From: Amoebophrya sp. A120
Taxonomy: Eukaryota; Protista; Dinoflagellata
Length of the DNA stretch: 64,000 nucleotides
Assembly: GCA_905178155.1 (NCBI GenBank)
Contig: CAJINV010000001.1
Coordinates: 9,693,865-9,757,864, forward strand
Reading direction: 5' to 3'
Below the pieces are notes generated by a model. That model had not been told where the DNA came from. It did no database searches and worked only from the letters and a program-made list of their open reading frames with translations. How positions within the stretch are numbered: the first letter of the stretch is position 1; the number at the start of each line of letters is the position of its first letter. The position numbers were made by a program, and so were the translations under genes. Shown here in pieces: positions 1 through 12,600 of this stretch.

Positions 1-2945
1 GCAGCTGCCTTGGAATCACCATCACGGTGTGCATCATCAGCCTGGTTGGCTTCGTCCGAATGCAACAGATTTGTCTTTCTGGCTGGAGGTCGAGCGCTGC
101 TGCTGGACGCTCCGTTCGAAGTTGGTAGCTGCCCAGGCAAGCGGCTGCTGTTTTTCAAACTGCTGCTACCGAGACCGCCCCTGGTGGCGGAGGCGGATCC
201 GAACGCCGGATCGGTGTCAAGTAAATCCAGCTGGTTCGATAAAATAATTCCGCTTCCCGTCGTGCTCTTCTTCGTGTTCGCAAAACTAGAAGAGGAGGAG
301 CTTGAGCTGCCTCCCCCTGCCCCCAGCTCCTCTCCATTGTTTTCGCTACTGCTTCCGCTACTCGAAGACACAGCACCAGCCACGTCCGCGTCGCGGATCG
401 GGGCTTTGATGCCTGCGGCTGTCTTCTCTTTTTTCTGGATCCGATCTGCAAGCTCGCGCTTCGCTGCGGCTCGTTTCTCTGTCGCAAGTTGATGCTGGAT
501 GACAACCTCGGCCTCGACTGTGTCCCGTGTCACGAACCGCCACACGTGAACTGTTTTTTTCTGGCCGTAGCGTCTCGCCCTACCAATAGCTTGTGTCTCG
601 TAGGCAAGAGACTTTGCGAACGTTGTTGCGACTGTGTGAAGTTTGATTTTGAATTTGCATTCTTCTTCTATGATCTACTTCTACATTGATTTCCGCACTT
701 CGCTTTGGACTTGCTTCTCGTCGAAAAAAATTACGTGCAAAAAGTCTTGAAATGAGTGTACCCATGGGATGCGCGAAGAGAATGTGATTGGCGCTTGTCA
801 GATTCGCACCAGAAGCGTTATTTTCGAAGGACATGACGAGAATTCGCGGCACACCACGCGGAATGACCTGCCCGGTTTTGTACGTGACTTGAAAGTCCTT
901 CAAAATTTGCGCCTTTCTCATTCCCGAGCCCCAAAGTGTCGTGTAGGGAAGCTTGTATCCTTCGAATGCGCTTTCGATCTTTTCCTCAATGAGTTTCCAT
1001 TGAGCAAAGACGATGCATTTTGCACTCGGGTCGTCCTCCAAAATTTTCTGCAACACGAGAATCATCGACTGGATCTTGCTACCGTATTTCTTGTAGGCCA
1101 GCGGCTTGTCCCGCTGGGCGCTGCGCTCTTCGTGTCGCGCTTCGTGCCCGAACTCCGCATTGTACAACTTCAATTTTCCCCAACTCGTTTGCAAGTGTTC
1201 CTCCTGCAGGTTTACCTTCTTCGCTACGAATTTTGGTTTATTTGCCGTGCTTTTGTTGGCCGAACCCTTCTTCCTTTGCTGTTCCCGTTGCTCAATTTCG
1301 GCTTCCATTTTCCGAATCCCCTCCGCTTCGTTTGCGATGTCGCACAAGTCGGTCAGTTTCAGGTTTCGATTATTGCACGTCGGACACTTTCCGTACCTCT
1401 TAATCGAATCTTCCAAGCAGGCTTTGCAGAACGCGTGCCCGCATGGCGTCAAACGGATGTCTGACACGGCGAACTCCCCGCACTCGTAGGCAATTTGGGT
1501 GCCGTTCGGCTTCGCCTCGTCCATACAAACAGGACACTCAAATTTGATAGACTCGTCCTCCGCTGCTAACGCCTCAGGCGGGTTACTGGCTTCGCCCTGG
1601 TGCCCTCCTGCCGTCTGGTGGTCTCCTTGTGCGTCCGCGCTTCTCGTCTTAGACATGCCGTGCCGGGGCACAAAGGCCTTCATTGTGCGGCAGAAGAAGG
1701 AGAACGGCTGGAAAGCCGGTTTCAATTCCACGTTGAGACGGCGCTCAAAGTTCTGCAAGCCATACTCGTACACCTGGCGAACCAGCTGCGGACCGGGTCC
1801 CTTCCCTTCGCCGTGTCCGGGGCGGCCCGGAACGGTTTCTCGAACCTCGTCGTGTCTCTCTACGATCACGGGGTTGTTGTTGGCGTTCACCGGCGGGCCC
1901 TTTTTCTTGCCTTTTCCCTTTGCTCCCGCCTTCCCCTTCTGCTGAGCTCCGCCGTCTCCGTCGCGGGGTACATTATTTTGAGCCGCTTGCAACTGCAGGT
2001 CCACCTGGGGATTGCTTTTCGAACCCGATGCTGTGGCACTGCCGTTTTTGTTGTTCTTCGCACCCTTTGCTCCTTTTTCATTGCTGTTCTCGCGTTGATT
2101 CTTCGCCACGCCTTTTTTCCCCGCTGGAGCATCTCCAACAACTTCTGGGTCATTTACATCGTCGTCCACTGCCGGAACAACGATTTCGCGTTCCTTCTTG
2201 CGTCTTTTCGGGAAAAACGGCTCGAGACCCTCGCGAAACTTCCGCTCCTCTGGCGTGAAGTTGGCATTTATCCGTGCACGCCGCGCAGCCGCAGCTGCGG
2301 CCCGTCCCGCGAGCACAGCTGCATCCACCTCCTCATCCTCCTCATCTTCCGGATCTGCATCATTCGCACTGGCACCAAACGCGTTCGACAGTAATCCAAG
2401 CAAACCCTCGTCCCAGATGGGGTGCAACTTCTTCTGCGGATTCTCCCCCAAGAAATCGTGAAATTGTGTTTCGTGTGTCAGCAACCGCATCAGGTATTCC
2501 AGCCGCCCCAAGAAGTACCGGTCAGCATCCAGCATGATGCCACTTTGCACGGCGGCACCCTCGTCCGGCGCGACGCCACCTTCCCGCGGACTGACGTTTT
2601 TTTTCGCCTCTTCGATCACCGCCGCCAGTTTTTCGACCATACGCGTGACAGTGTAGTCCCGCGGGTTGCCCCAGTCACGATAAAGTCGCTTTGCGCACTC
2701 CACTTGCCGCATCGCGACCGTGATCTTTTGAATAGCCGCATCCAGACGCCGCTTGTGTAGCGCGTGGACGCGGTTGATCTCCTGGTCCGCGTTCTCGATG
2801 TCACCCCTTTGCACCGTGGAAAAATTGCAGCACAACTTTATCAGGCGCTCACGACTTCTCGTATCGGTTGAGGCACGGTCCATCACGCGTTCGCGGGGAT
2901 GGTCCGGTAGAAACCCGAAGGCCAACGTGAATACATAGATTTTAC
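1..2945 (-). pseudogene. 3' half of SNF2/RING helicase paralogue A (RING finger + HELICc), cut off from its 5' half by the retroelement; runs off the window start
   Basis: ORF 580..3258 matches paralogue B from TDTRSRERLIKLCCNFS onward, with RING CPVC...CGHAFCKAC...CPTC and helicase motifs YGSK, CIVFAQW, ASGANLT. GT-AG intron 632-761 joins HPM|VATTFAKSLAYETQAIGRARRYGQ. The pseudogene label is inferred from the missing ATPase N-lobe; the remaining frame is open. Confidence 0.75.
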
Positions 2946-3030
2946 CTGCAATTACCGAAAAAAAACCGATAGGCAGAGCAAGGTCTCGAAAGACGATACA
3001 AAAAGAAAAGAGGAAGCCGAGCGGCGACGA

Positions 3031-3097
3031 GCTTCGAAAAGCTATACATAGCGTGCTTCGAAAAGCTATATACGACACGCTTCGAAAAGCAGATACA
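3031..3097. repeat. 24-bp tandem repeat x3 (core GCTTCGAAAAGC)
   Basis: Core starts at 3031, 3055 and 3079. Confidence 0.9.
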
Positions 3098-3276
3098 AAT
3101 GGAAATGGATAATACCGATATTGTTTTTGTGCCCGTGGTCCTCGTCTTTCTTTTCTCGTTTTCTTCGGCGTGTGTTTCGTCGTTGTTTCGAGGTTGAGGG
3201 CGGAATTCGTGTTGTTTCGACGTGGCGTGGAATCTTGGCTCGCGGAGAGAATGCACAACCCGTAGTTTGAAGACTC

Positions 3277-3505
3277 GTGATTCCAGCACGGTTCGCGACT
3301 CGGAAAAAAAAACAGTTAGTGGCTTCGTCCTCGGTCTCCAGCACAGAAAAACTTCGTAGTTCCAGCACGGGTCGCGAAGGGAAAGCTCGCGGCTTCGTAC
3401 TCGTTCGTAGTTCAAAGAATAGTTCGTAGTTCCAGCACGGGTCGTAATTTGAAAAGAAAGTTCGCGGCTTCGTACTCGTTCGTAGTTCAAAGAATAGCTC
3501 GTGAC
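3277..3505. repeat. ~70-75-bp tandem repeat (two good copies plus one degenerate) in the retroelement 3' region
   Basis: TTCGTAGTTCCAGCACGGGTCG...TCGCGGCTTCGTACTCGTTCGTAGTTCAAAGAATAG at ~3353-3422 and ~3423-3497; partial copy from ~3277. Confidence 0.9.
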
Positions 3506-3654
3506 TCCGTTCCAATTTGTTTTTCGGAAGATGAATGCTCGTGGTTCTGGTTCGTAAAGTTCCGCTCGGAGTTTGGGTTAGTCAACATGTTGAAAGAGAA
3601 AAAAGAAAAGCTCTCGTAAGTTCATCGCTGTGTAGAAAATCAGATCCTGCTGCT

Positions 3655-6600
3655 TCAAGCCATCAAATCTTCGATCTCCATCGGGTCCCCCGGCAGCGGC
3701 GGTTCCGCGGCGTCGCGGAATCCTTCCCGGATAAGCAAATTCGTAAATTTCTCGACGATTTCTTCCTTTCTCTTTTTCGTTCCTATCCGTTCGTCCTCTT
3801 GTGCCTCTTCATCTCCGAGGATGTAGGTATCTTCGAAGATGTCGTGGATCTCCTCGGACAGATCATTCGCTATCGGATCTCCGGATTCCCAGGCGAGGGG
3901 GTTGATATACTGGTGCGCGGCGCTACTAGTAGTCGCTGGAACGATCCTTGCCCATCTTCTCTGGTTCCAAACAATACTGCTCGACGAGATTTGGACTCGG
4001 GGTCCAGACGCCGCTGGGCTCTGTTTTTTCTGCGTTGCGGAAGCAACGGCAGAGTAAAGCTCGTGCGTGATGGCTGAGCTGCCATTTATCGCCGCTTCCG
4101 GCAGAGAGAAAATCCAGGTCGTCCGTCCCTTAAGGAGTTGTCCGTGGCGGCGTACTAACTCCGCAGCGTTTGCCGCGTAGGTCACGTTACCGGCGTCCCT
4201 GATCTTCAGCAGCTCGACGTCGGGCGGGCGAAGGGACGCTGCGAAGTATTTGCCGTCGAAAGTTCTCAAGTATGCGGAGTTATTTCTCCCGCGGTGGATC
4301 GCGTCGTCTGTTGTGTAGTCGTAGGTGGGCGCGTCGTCGTTTTCCCCTTCTAGAACAATCGAGGCGCCCCCGATTTTTAAAACCGATCTTGCTCGGAGAA
4401 GATCGTAGCTTACTTTGCTTGGGAAGGCAACCCGCATGCTTTCGTCGTGTAGCAGATTTCTCCTCGTCTCTTCTTCATCGGGATTCAAACCCCACCCGGC
4501 CGCTTCTAGGAGGAAGTCACACTTTTTATCTCCGAGAATCGCTAGCTCGCTTGTTACCGCTTTTCTGAAGGTCCGGCCTACCTTTTCTTTCCAGTTTTTG
4601 TTTCCCAAAAAACCGGCAAAGAAGATATCCGCGGCGGAGACTGTCTTCCCTTCTACTTCCAAAAACCCGCTTTTGAATTCTTCCTGTAGTGCGTCGGAGA
4701 CTCCGTAGAAGTTCATCAGCTTCTTGCCAATTTCGCACGTCATCTCGTCGAAAAGCGGCTCGTCATACCTTTTGAGAACGACCAGCAGGTGTCTCACTTT
4801 ACTGATGGTTGCCCAACCCGGTATCAGTTTGAACTCCGCGTGTTTCGGCTTGTTTCCTAGAATGCGGAACGATTCCCTGACTATCGGCAACGCGTACCCG
4901 ATCAATCTGCGGCACAGGGCTGTGTAGCTTCTTCCGACCTGGCACGCGACTGGGAATCCGAATAGCTTTACGCTTTTCACCAACTTTATCGCTTTCCCGA
5001 AAATTTTTAGGCTTTGCTGGACCTTTTGGGCCGTCTCGTTGCAGGCGGCAGCGGCGTCCGCGGAGTCCTCGAAGCTGATTACTACCGCTTCGCACTTGTT
5101 GATTGCTATAAACGTTTTGGTTACTTCTGCCATAATTTCGAAATGCTCCGTTACCATGTTGATTACGGTCGGCAGCCTGCTTGTGGTGTCGGCCTGGCGG
5201 AAGACTAACTCCAGATCCGTGTCGTCGACGCAGCCCATTGCCGATTTTCTTTTCTCCGCATGGGGAAACTGCTTGTAGATGCTCGTAACGAAATCTTGTA
5301 GAAAGTCCGGCTTCTCGTCCTCCGCTCGCTCTTTTTTCTGGTACATCCCGTCGATGTCCCTCATCGCGTAGCACCTGGCCGCGCGAAAATCGCTGCGGAT
5401 GATCTCTTGCGCCGTCCGGATCCACGTCCTGGCTACGCGGATCCTCTCGTCCTCCAAATTTCCGCTCTCGTCGTAGCAAATGTTGATCGCGACCTGCGCC
5501 GCGAGCAGCCACGGCGCCATCAAAAGCGCTCCCGCACACCATGCGCTGTAGGTTCCTTGCACTCCGAACTTGTAGTCCGAAACCCGCAGCGTCACCCTGT
5601 CGGAGGTTAGGTAGATCTTCTTGTTGCTGAATCTCAGAAGATTGTGAATAAGAAAAACCGGGTGTGCTCCTGCTGCTTTGAATGTGACGTGCGCTGTCAG
5701 TCTCGTCAGGCAGTTGAACATCTGCTTCAGGTCCAAAGAAATGATGAGGACGAAATCCTCTTGGCGGATTGATGCTCGCAGCCTTCTTCTGCGGATTTCG
5801 GTAGATAGCAAGTTGATGCCCGTCATTCCTCCGAATGAAACTCCGCGATGCCTTTTCTTCTTGTATACCAATGCCGTCAGGTGCTGGTGGAGGATTTTTT
5901 CTTTCAACCTTTCGGAGAAAAGTTGGCTGAATGTGATTCTCAGTTTTTCGGCATCCAACCTCTGACCGTCCTTCGCCAAAAACGTCCCGACCATCCGGGC
6001 GGCCGCGTGGTCGAGCACTTCGTGAAGCTTGCCTTCATCCTCAGCGTCCCTTAGCCCTCGAAGTTCCTTGTTGATTATTTCTACGAGCAGCTTCAAAGTC
6101 CACTTCGGGAGGCAACGGAAAATACTCCCCCGCACACCGGTTGGTCCTTGGAGTTCCTTGTTCATCTCGGCGATTGCGGCAACGACTTCTGGGCAAGATA
6201 CCGTCAACGGGTGGCAAAACTTCGCATGTCGGAGGAGCGAACCGAGGAGCTGTCGATATTCCTCGCCGGAGTAGTCGTACTGGACGCCGCTAAACTCCAA
6301 CATGGTCGCAGGCTTCGCGAAGTGTATCCTTGCTACATTTATCAACGCGGCCGGGACCAAGTCGCACTGTGTGCCGTCGCATGTGATTCCTTTAATCGAA
6401 TCTATGGGCTCGCCTCGTGCTCGTCCTAAATACATGCTTTTCGCTGTAGGTAGCGCTTTTTCTTTTTTCGCGCGTTTCGCGTCGGTGTCCGGTCCTTCCC
6501 CTACCGTGTCTTTCGGTTTGTCGAGAAGAGTACGGCTCGAGAATCCTCTTTTCTCAACGAGGTTGGCTCTCACTAACGCGGCTGCGATTTTGTCTTCGAA

Positions 6601-9600
6601 GTCGACCACTCCGCGTCCTTCTTGAAAGCTCTGCCAGTCGTTGTTTATTGCCTCCGTAATTTTCGTCTTCTCTAACGCTAGGCCGCGGCCGAGACGAAGC
6701 GCAAAGTTTACGCCCTTGTAAATCTCCCTTTCGGCCACGAACTCCAACGAGAAAACCCCGCAGTCACCTCCTCTCGGGATTATGCTTCTCGGAATCATTT
6801 TGTAGTCTTCCATCGCCCCGCAGATCCATCTCCCAGAATGCTCGCCACGAGGATCGGCAAGGGCTTGCAAGGTGACGAAATCGCGTGTCTTGTTGTTGAA
6901 ATTTCCGTCAGGGTAGGACGCGGTGGAGGTTGTCGTTGTCGGCGCAGCGAGTCCTCCTCGGTGTAGGACCTCCTCACTTATCACCCCGCAAAGACCGATC
7001 GCCGCGTGATCTTGGGACAGCTCTGGCAGTTCCGTCGTTTCCCCTTCGGCAGTCCATCGGTACAAGAGGGCTTGTCCGAGGTCTTCTATATATTCCCGCC
7101 CTTTTACGAAGACCACGTCCGGAGATGAAATATCCCGGTATGTGGGTCCTTCCAGCTGGAGTGGCTCGTGGTCCTCGGTGATTCTCTCGCAAAAATCCAT
7201 CAGTAAACGCTTTATCTTACCCCCGAACCCCGAAGAAGAAGAAGGCTTGAGCGAATCCAAGAAATCTTCACGGGAAGCCGTGTCGTGCTTCATGTTCAGG
7301 TCCAGGCCTAGAAAACACAGAGGCGCAGCTTCGCACTGCTTTTTGTAGGCTGCCAAGATTTCTTCCAGTTGTTCGGATGCGTGTCGGATGTTTTCGAGAG
7401 ACACTTCGTGATCATTTTTCGTGGAAGGTGTTATGTAGCCCTCTGCTGAGAGCACTCCACGACTTAAAGTCATGCTGAACCACAGGCAGTAGTCGTCTTT
7501 TTTCGGGGCGCTTCGCATAATTTCCCGCTCTGCGTAACTAGTACTGCTGTATAGAACTGTCCAACTCTTCGAAACGACGGTCGTCGAGCGAGTCATCTCC
7601 GACAGGGCCGGGTCGTCTTTTCTAGGGATAAAAGCCTCGTACAACGCAGTCATCCCGGAATCTGCTGAACCGCCAGCGGGGGCGTTTGATGCGAACGTCG
7701 TCTTTTGCAGAAGAGGCGCTGGGGGTCCGGAAACTGTGGTAGGTGGACTTAGTGGGAAGCTTTCGGCGGGAGTTAATGTCTTGAGTTCGCTTAGTCCTAA
7801 TCTCAGTAGCGCGCTGGCGTTTAGATCGGCCGCCTTCTTCTGCACAGTTTTCGCAATCTCCGTTAGTCTTTCGTGTTTGCTATTGAGTGACTGGATGTTG
7901 TAGTGTATCAAACACACCAGGACTTTTTTCGCGGGGTCGGGTACCTCTCGGTCGTCGACGTCGGCAAGTACCGCGATATCATCGTTGAAATCACCAGGCC
8001 CGCCGGGGGGGTCAGCATCGGCTAGCTCCCAATCAATCACTAGCCTCCGTAAGTCGTCAGCGTCGTCCTTCTGCTCGGCGGCTTTTCGAACAACCTCCGG
8101 CTGGAAAATAAACTTTCTGAAGAAGACTTCGTTGCAAATGAAAACACGCGCCCTCCCGGTCTTACTGCCGCTGGTTGAAAAGACTTCCCAGGAACCCTTG
8201 TCGTTGACGCTAGCGTGCATCCGCTGGAAGTTCAGTCCTTTGTCGGCTGTTGGGAATAAATCGTCGACCAGGGCGATTGATCCGCTGGGGTAGTCGTCGT
8301 CGACCTTTCCGCCCTTTCGCACAAATGATTCTGCTAACTCGAGGTAACTGCTACTCGTCTTAGCTTCGCTATTGTAAAGCCTCAAAGCGCTAGTCCAGCT
8401 TCTGAAAGAACCACCCGCGGGCTCGAACCCGAAAAAATGCTGCACGCGCGAGTGGAAAAGTCTGAAAAGTCCCAGGTCTGCATCTCTGGGGCTCTCCTGA
8501 CCGTCACCCACCTCTGCGTCTTCCAACTCGGCCTTTACTTGATGTAGATCTTGCGACCCGTCCAGGAAAAGAAAAACCGTCTTTGGCAGTCGTGGCGCGC
8601 CGCATGACACTAGATATCTTACCGCGAGTTTCCGCATCACGGCCGTGCTAGCTACTCCTGCAGCTATCGGTTGAAACGTCTTTCCCTCATCGAGAGACAT
8701 CAAAACCCCTACGGTGTCCTTGTAGTGATGGCGGATCTCCGGGATGTCTTTAAACTCGGCGGTGGTGTGCGGCTCGAAAGACAACAACGCCGCGCCTATG
8801 TTGTACGGTAGGCGCGCTGTCTCATCGTCAAGATCTTGGACGCCAGGCGCTCGGCGCGTCGGGTTCGACTTGGGTCCAACGACGGGGCTTCGCGATTTCT
8901 CGACCGGGAATACTCTTGACGGGGTGGAGCTCCTCCTCCGTTTCTTCTGTGGGGAAACGTTTTGCGGTGGGAGGACTAGCGTTGATCGCGTTACATCGCT
9001 CGCGGCCCTTTTGCTAGAAGAAGACTGCAACTCCGGGTAGATGCCTCTCTGGATTTCTTGAAGTCGTGCTGTCGACGCGTCGTATTCCGGGACCTTGTAA
9101 ATAGAAGATCTCGGCGCTTTCGTGATATCATCTAACCGGTCATGGTGCTTAACCGGCATTTCTGTTTCGTCTGCGGGCTTGCTACTTCCGGGAGGGGGCA
9201 GATTCGTGGCGGTGGTAGCTCGTTCTCCCTTTGGCAGCGGTGCTGCAACCGCCCTGCTACTCGGCTTCCTGCAGCTGGCTGCGGGTGGATGCGCTGCAGG
9301 GGCACGCTCCTGGTTAATCTTGAGAGATTCGGCCGGCTTTCCTTGTCCTTCTCCAATGCTCGCTGAAGAAAGATCTACCGCCATAATTCCTCCCTTCTGG
9401 CTCGCCTGATGTGCATTTTTTGCTAGTTGTGCTTCATCTTGGGTTGTTATTCTAGAGGAAGGCAAAATCCCGTCCTGGGCAATCGTGTGGCTCCGCTGGG
9501 GATGCAGTGGTCCATGGTTTCTTGGCGTCGTTTTGTGCTCCGTAGCAGCGCCTCTTTGTCGGAGTTCTTTTAGCTCCTTCTCGATTGCTTTGAAAAGTGT

Positions 9601-12600
9601 TTTTTTCATCTTTCGAATGTCCGCGCTGAAATCCGTCGTCTTTCTCACTTTGTTCAAATGCTCACTGCGGCGCCCCGACTCCTTTGTCTCGAGCTCCATG
9701 CAAAAATCTCGGAGAACCTTCATTTCTTCCGACGTTCTTTTGGAGTCCCAGAATCTCCTCTCCCATCCGCCGTCTTCTTCTTTTAGCAAAAAGCGCATTA
9801 CTCTTCTGATGTTCTCCTTTCTGGCTTTCTCGGCGTCGTCCTCCGATGTAGCGCCAGGCGCGGCTTCGGGGTAACCTTTAAGCACCACCGCCGGCTTCTT
9901 CTTGGGTTTCGGGTTCTTGTTCCTCTTTTTTAGATTTGCTTTCGCTTTTCTCTTCTCCGTAGCCTCCTGAAGTATCTGTGTGTGGCGCTTTATTTCATCC
10001 TTAGCGGTACCGGTCAACTCCCCGGAAGTTGGGTCGAGTGTCTTGAGTCTGTACTGGGCTCTTACCACTCGCTTCCGCGCGTCGGTAAACTTGTTTAGTT
10101 TTTCGATCTCCTCGCTCGGTCGTAGTCTGAATTCATTGGAACTCGAGGGTCGACCAGGTGTTTCGTCACTGGTGACTTCTTCCAAAAACCCTTCCTCCCG
10201 ACAAAAATCCGCCAGCTTCTCCTTACAATCCGACTTTTTCGAAGACATCTTGACTACGAAGAGTATTTCGGCTCTGCTGCTGGTAGCCACTTGGAATGTG
10301 GGGCGGGGTAGCGACGCGTCATTCTTCGTTCGCGAAAGGGGGGCTTCGTTCCGGAGTTCCTCGTCCTTGGAGTTGTAATGGGCCTCGAGCTCGTCGAGGG
10401 CCTGGAGTGCGTCCGCAACCGCGGCCTTTTCGCTAGCCGTCGCGGCGACGTGCTCGTTGAATCTGGCCTCGTTTTTCTTCGCGTTCTTCCTCCATAGCGT
10501 TAGAGTTGCGCGCTTGTTCTTCCCCAGGGGCACGAGGTAGTTCGGTCCTACTTCTATTGAAGTCTGCTCGATCCCTAACGCAGCGGCTAACTTTTTGGTC
10601 CACTTATCCGTAAAGAAATCTTGTCCGTCGTCGCCGATGTAAGGACACTCCAGACTCACGATCATCTGTTGTGCGCCCCGGAGAGTTGCAGCGTCCGACG
10701 TCGCAGTGCTCTTCTGCTTTCCGTCGTTGAAGGCGTGTATTGCTGTCCACGACTCCTTCCCGACAGAAGTCAGCGCCAACGCAGTCCTCTTTTTTTTGCT
10801 TTTCTTTCCTTTTGGCTTCGACTTGTCCGAGACTTGGGACAACTCTTGCTCTGGATCGATTTCGCTGTGATCTGCCTCCTCCTCGGGGCGGGCGGTGTTG
10901 CTGCCGGGGGCCCAATTGTTCTTAGCGAGAAACTTTCCTTGGGCTTGATCGTCGCTATTCGATATGAGCGGGTACGTCTTGACTTCTTCCAAGCCGGCAG
11001 CCGCGTGCTCTTTTTCGGCCCAGACTCCGCATCTAGTACTACAAGACTTGGTCAAAGTCTGTCCACTTGCGTTCCGCTGATTTCGGCTAGCGTCGACGAC
11101 CAAATCCCCGACGCCGGCCCTGCCCATAATCTCCAACTGGTCGCGGAGGAAGTCGTTCGCAGGGACGAGCTTCACGGTGTGGGAAGCGTTATTCTCGAAA
11201 TGTAGGTGGAATGTACTTCTTACCTTCCAAATCTCCACCGCGGTGCCCCAATTTGGGGCATAGAACTTTCTGCTAGTGATCGGCGTGATGTTCGGCGGGC
11301 ATGTTCCTTTGAAGGTTTTGTTTTCTTCGCGGAGGAACGCCGGGGTAGGCTTTCCTTCGGTTTTAGGAACCTCGGATGGCGATTTCTTTACTGCTGTGGA
11401 CGCTTTCACAGCCTTCATCGAAGTTTTAGCTCCATTCCTCTTCCCGTGACTAATGCTCTTTGTGTATACCTTCCTCGATAAATGCTCTTCCGCTGTCTTC
11501 CTGTAGTTGTTTAAATCCAACAGCAGCTGTCGTAGCTTAGCGTCCTTTTTGGGCAAGAGGTGCAGGCTCCATCGGATATCGAGCCCGATCGATCCATCGT
11601 CTTCGGGAGTCCCTTTGAAAGACGTAATGTCCCATTCGCTTCCGATAGTACTGGCAATGTCGTCGAACAACGTCACGGCGGTGCGGTCCCGTCGTGGTGA
11701 ACTGATCTTAGAGGCTGCCCTGCTGAGGAGATCGTCGAAAAGAGGCACTTTCCGTTCTTTTTCTAGGTGATCGCCGCGTTCCGGGAGTCCAGCGAGGGCC
11801 TCCGCTGTCAACATCGCGACGGGCGACTCTTTTCTGTGCTTGTCGTCGTCGGCAGCAGAGTGCGCGCTGGGGCTAGTCTTGTCTGATGGAAAATGCTTTC
11901 CAGTACCTCCGCGGAGGATCGATCCTCGATTTTGCGAAACCTCTTGCATGGAGAGTCTCGCTCTACTCCCCGTCGTCGTCTTGCAGTTATGCGCTTTATA
12001 AGCGTTTTTCGACGGAAACGCCTTGTTGCAGGCTCCGCAGCAATACTCGACCGTCCGGTTCTCCTCGTCGATTTTAAGCTTCGCGGTGGCGGGCACAGGA
12101 GACATAGATGTTTTAGATGCGTCAGCTGTCGGCCTCGACCGATATAAATCTGGCGCTGGTGTGTTCTCCGAGTCCGACGAATAGTCATAAATTATCCCCT
12201 TGTCTTTTTTTGAGCTGGATCGTTTTTTAGCGACGAAAGGCGAAATCGGGTCGGAAGAAGAATCTCTGCTCCATTTGGAACGGCCGTCAAAACCGCGCTC
12301 TACCGGCTCGTCTATCTTTCTTCGTTTCGGTGATCGCGCGCTTCGATTTTCAGGCGCTTTTGGAACGCCGCCGCCAGTCCCGTCGGCCGAGCCCTCGATG
12401 CGACGCGGTGGGGATCTGACTAGGTCCGGGATCTGGTCTATTACTGTGGGGTTTTTTGGCGGAGAAGGAGGTGGTGGGTCTTCGGACGATGATGATGATA
12501 GGGTGGGCGGGCGGTCGTCATCGTCGTTCTGCGACGGCGGTTTTCTTTTGTCCGCCTCCACCGCGTTCTTATTATCCCTCAGCGCTCTTCGTAATTTTTT

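Noticed and set aside
2946-3258. N-terminal ~105 aa of ORF 580..3258 as host protein
   Set aside because: Reads through the retroelement 3' repeats and has no counterpart in paralogue B.
3277-3505. Repeat-spacer appearance suggesting a CRISPR array
   Set aside because: Intervening sequence is itself repeated, there are only 2-3 units, the context is eukaryotic and no cas genes are present.
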